Assembly: GCA_963697385.1 (NCBI GenBank)
Contig: CAVONU010000006.1
Location: forward strand, 213,659 to 277,658
Reading direction: 5' to 3'
Length of the DNA stretch: 64,000 nucleotides
Source of the DNA: an uncultured Acidimicrobiales bacterium
Lineage (GTDB): Bacteria; Actinomycetota; Acidimicrobiia; Acidimicrobiales; CAWCAL01
The translations under genes and the position numbers were made by a program. Every line of letters begins with the position of its first letter. Position 1 is the first letter of the stretch. The notes below the pieces were generated by a model. The model saw nothing but the letters and a program-made list of their open reading frames with translations. It was not told the DNA's origin and made no database searches. Shown here piece by piece: positions 63,556-64,000 of this stretch.

Positions 63556-64000
63556 ATGTCGCACGCGAAGACCGCGAACACACAGAACGAATCGGACTCC
63601 TCCTGCTCGGCCACCGGTGACTCGGCGAGCAGCCAGGCGGTGGATCTCGACGAGCGATCGTGGCGCCCTCGACCGATCCTGGGCGGCGGCCTCAGGGTGA
63701 TGGCTGCGGTCGGGCCCTTCATCGTGACGTATCCGATCATCCGCCTGGCCATCCGGGTGGTGCCGCGCCCCGTCGACGATCTCGGTCTGCTGTTGGCCTG
63801 GTTCGTGAGTCTCGGCGTCTTTGCCACCGCCGTCCTGCGGATCGTGGGCGTAGGATTCCGCCGCATCGTTCCGGTGACGATGCTGATGCGGGCGTCGTTG
63901 TTGTTCCCCGACAAGGCTCCGTTGCGCTTTCGACTCGCGCTGCGCGCCGCCACCGGTCGTCAGCTTGCGGTCGCCGTCGAGTCGGGCACCTCCGCCGATC
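63556..64000 (+). CDS. Membrane protein, N-terminal part (3' end outside window). Possibly the N-terminus of an HD-domain phosphohydrolase
   Basis: ATG 63556, frame open to the window end. Sequence MSHAKTANTQNE...ILGGGLRVMAAVGPFIVTYPIIRLAI...LLFPDKAPLRFRLALRAA. Not in the ORF track because no stop is reached. The family guess is from memory only. Confidence 0.45.
   Translation, partial: MSHAKTANTQNESDSSCSATGDSASSQAVDLDERSWRPRPILGGGLRVMAAVGPFIVTYPIIRLAIRVVPRPVDDLGLLLAWFVSLGVFATAVLRIVGVGFRRIVPVTMLMRASLLFPDKAPLRFRLALRAATGRQLAVAVESGTSAD

Overview
High-GC (about 70%) actinobacterial chromosome segment centred on the replication origin. Minus strand: gyrA, gyrB, DUF721/dciA, recF, dnaN, dnaA. Divergent on the plus strand: rpmH, rnpA, yidD, yidC, jag, rsmG, parA, parB. 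Next comes a mycobacterial-type block on the minus strand: cwlM-like, trxA, trxB, small membrane protein, anti-sigma, ECF sigma, Ser/Thr kinase, large anchored protein, GNAT. After it lie an HDAC-like gene, the CCA enzyme, DUF5318, panB, a glutaminyl cyclase, a tightly coupled Wzx/Wzy polysaccharide locus, and rpsF-ssb-rpsR-rplI-dnaB. The left flank holds a GH36 alpha-galactosidase, acyl-CoA dehydrogenase, two lipid genes, an IMPase-family gene, a copper locus (ZnuA-like lipoprotein, CopC-CopD, YcnI), an S33 hydrolase, a WhiG/FliA-type sigma and tRNA-Ile(GAU). The right flank holds an acyltransferase, an unusual 365-bp spacer, orphan LivG/LivF-type ATPases, an AhpD/CMD-like gene with one in-frame TGA, Ada-AlkA, Ogt, an F420-type oxidoreductase and a partial membrane gene. 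Many neighbouring genes overlap by 4 nt (ATGA/GTGA), which indicates operons. I recognised no rRNA, CRISPR array, transposase or integrase. The best leads are: (1) a candidate selenoprotein, with TGA at the CxxC position followed by a hairpin; (2) a membrane protein with a degenerate GGDEF domain but an intact RxxD site at the head of the polysaccharide locus; (3) a ZnuA-like lipoprotein with its metal ligands replaced, coupled to CopCD-YcnI; (4) rnpA and rsmG, whose conserved-looking N-termini lack a canonical start and overlap the upstream stop as CTGA; (5) phased DnaA-box triads in the dnaA-dnaN spacer and upstream of dnaB. All family calls rest on reading the translations and on memory of motifs. 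No database search was run.
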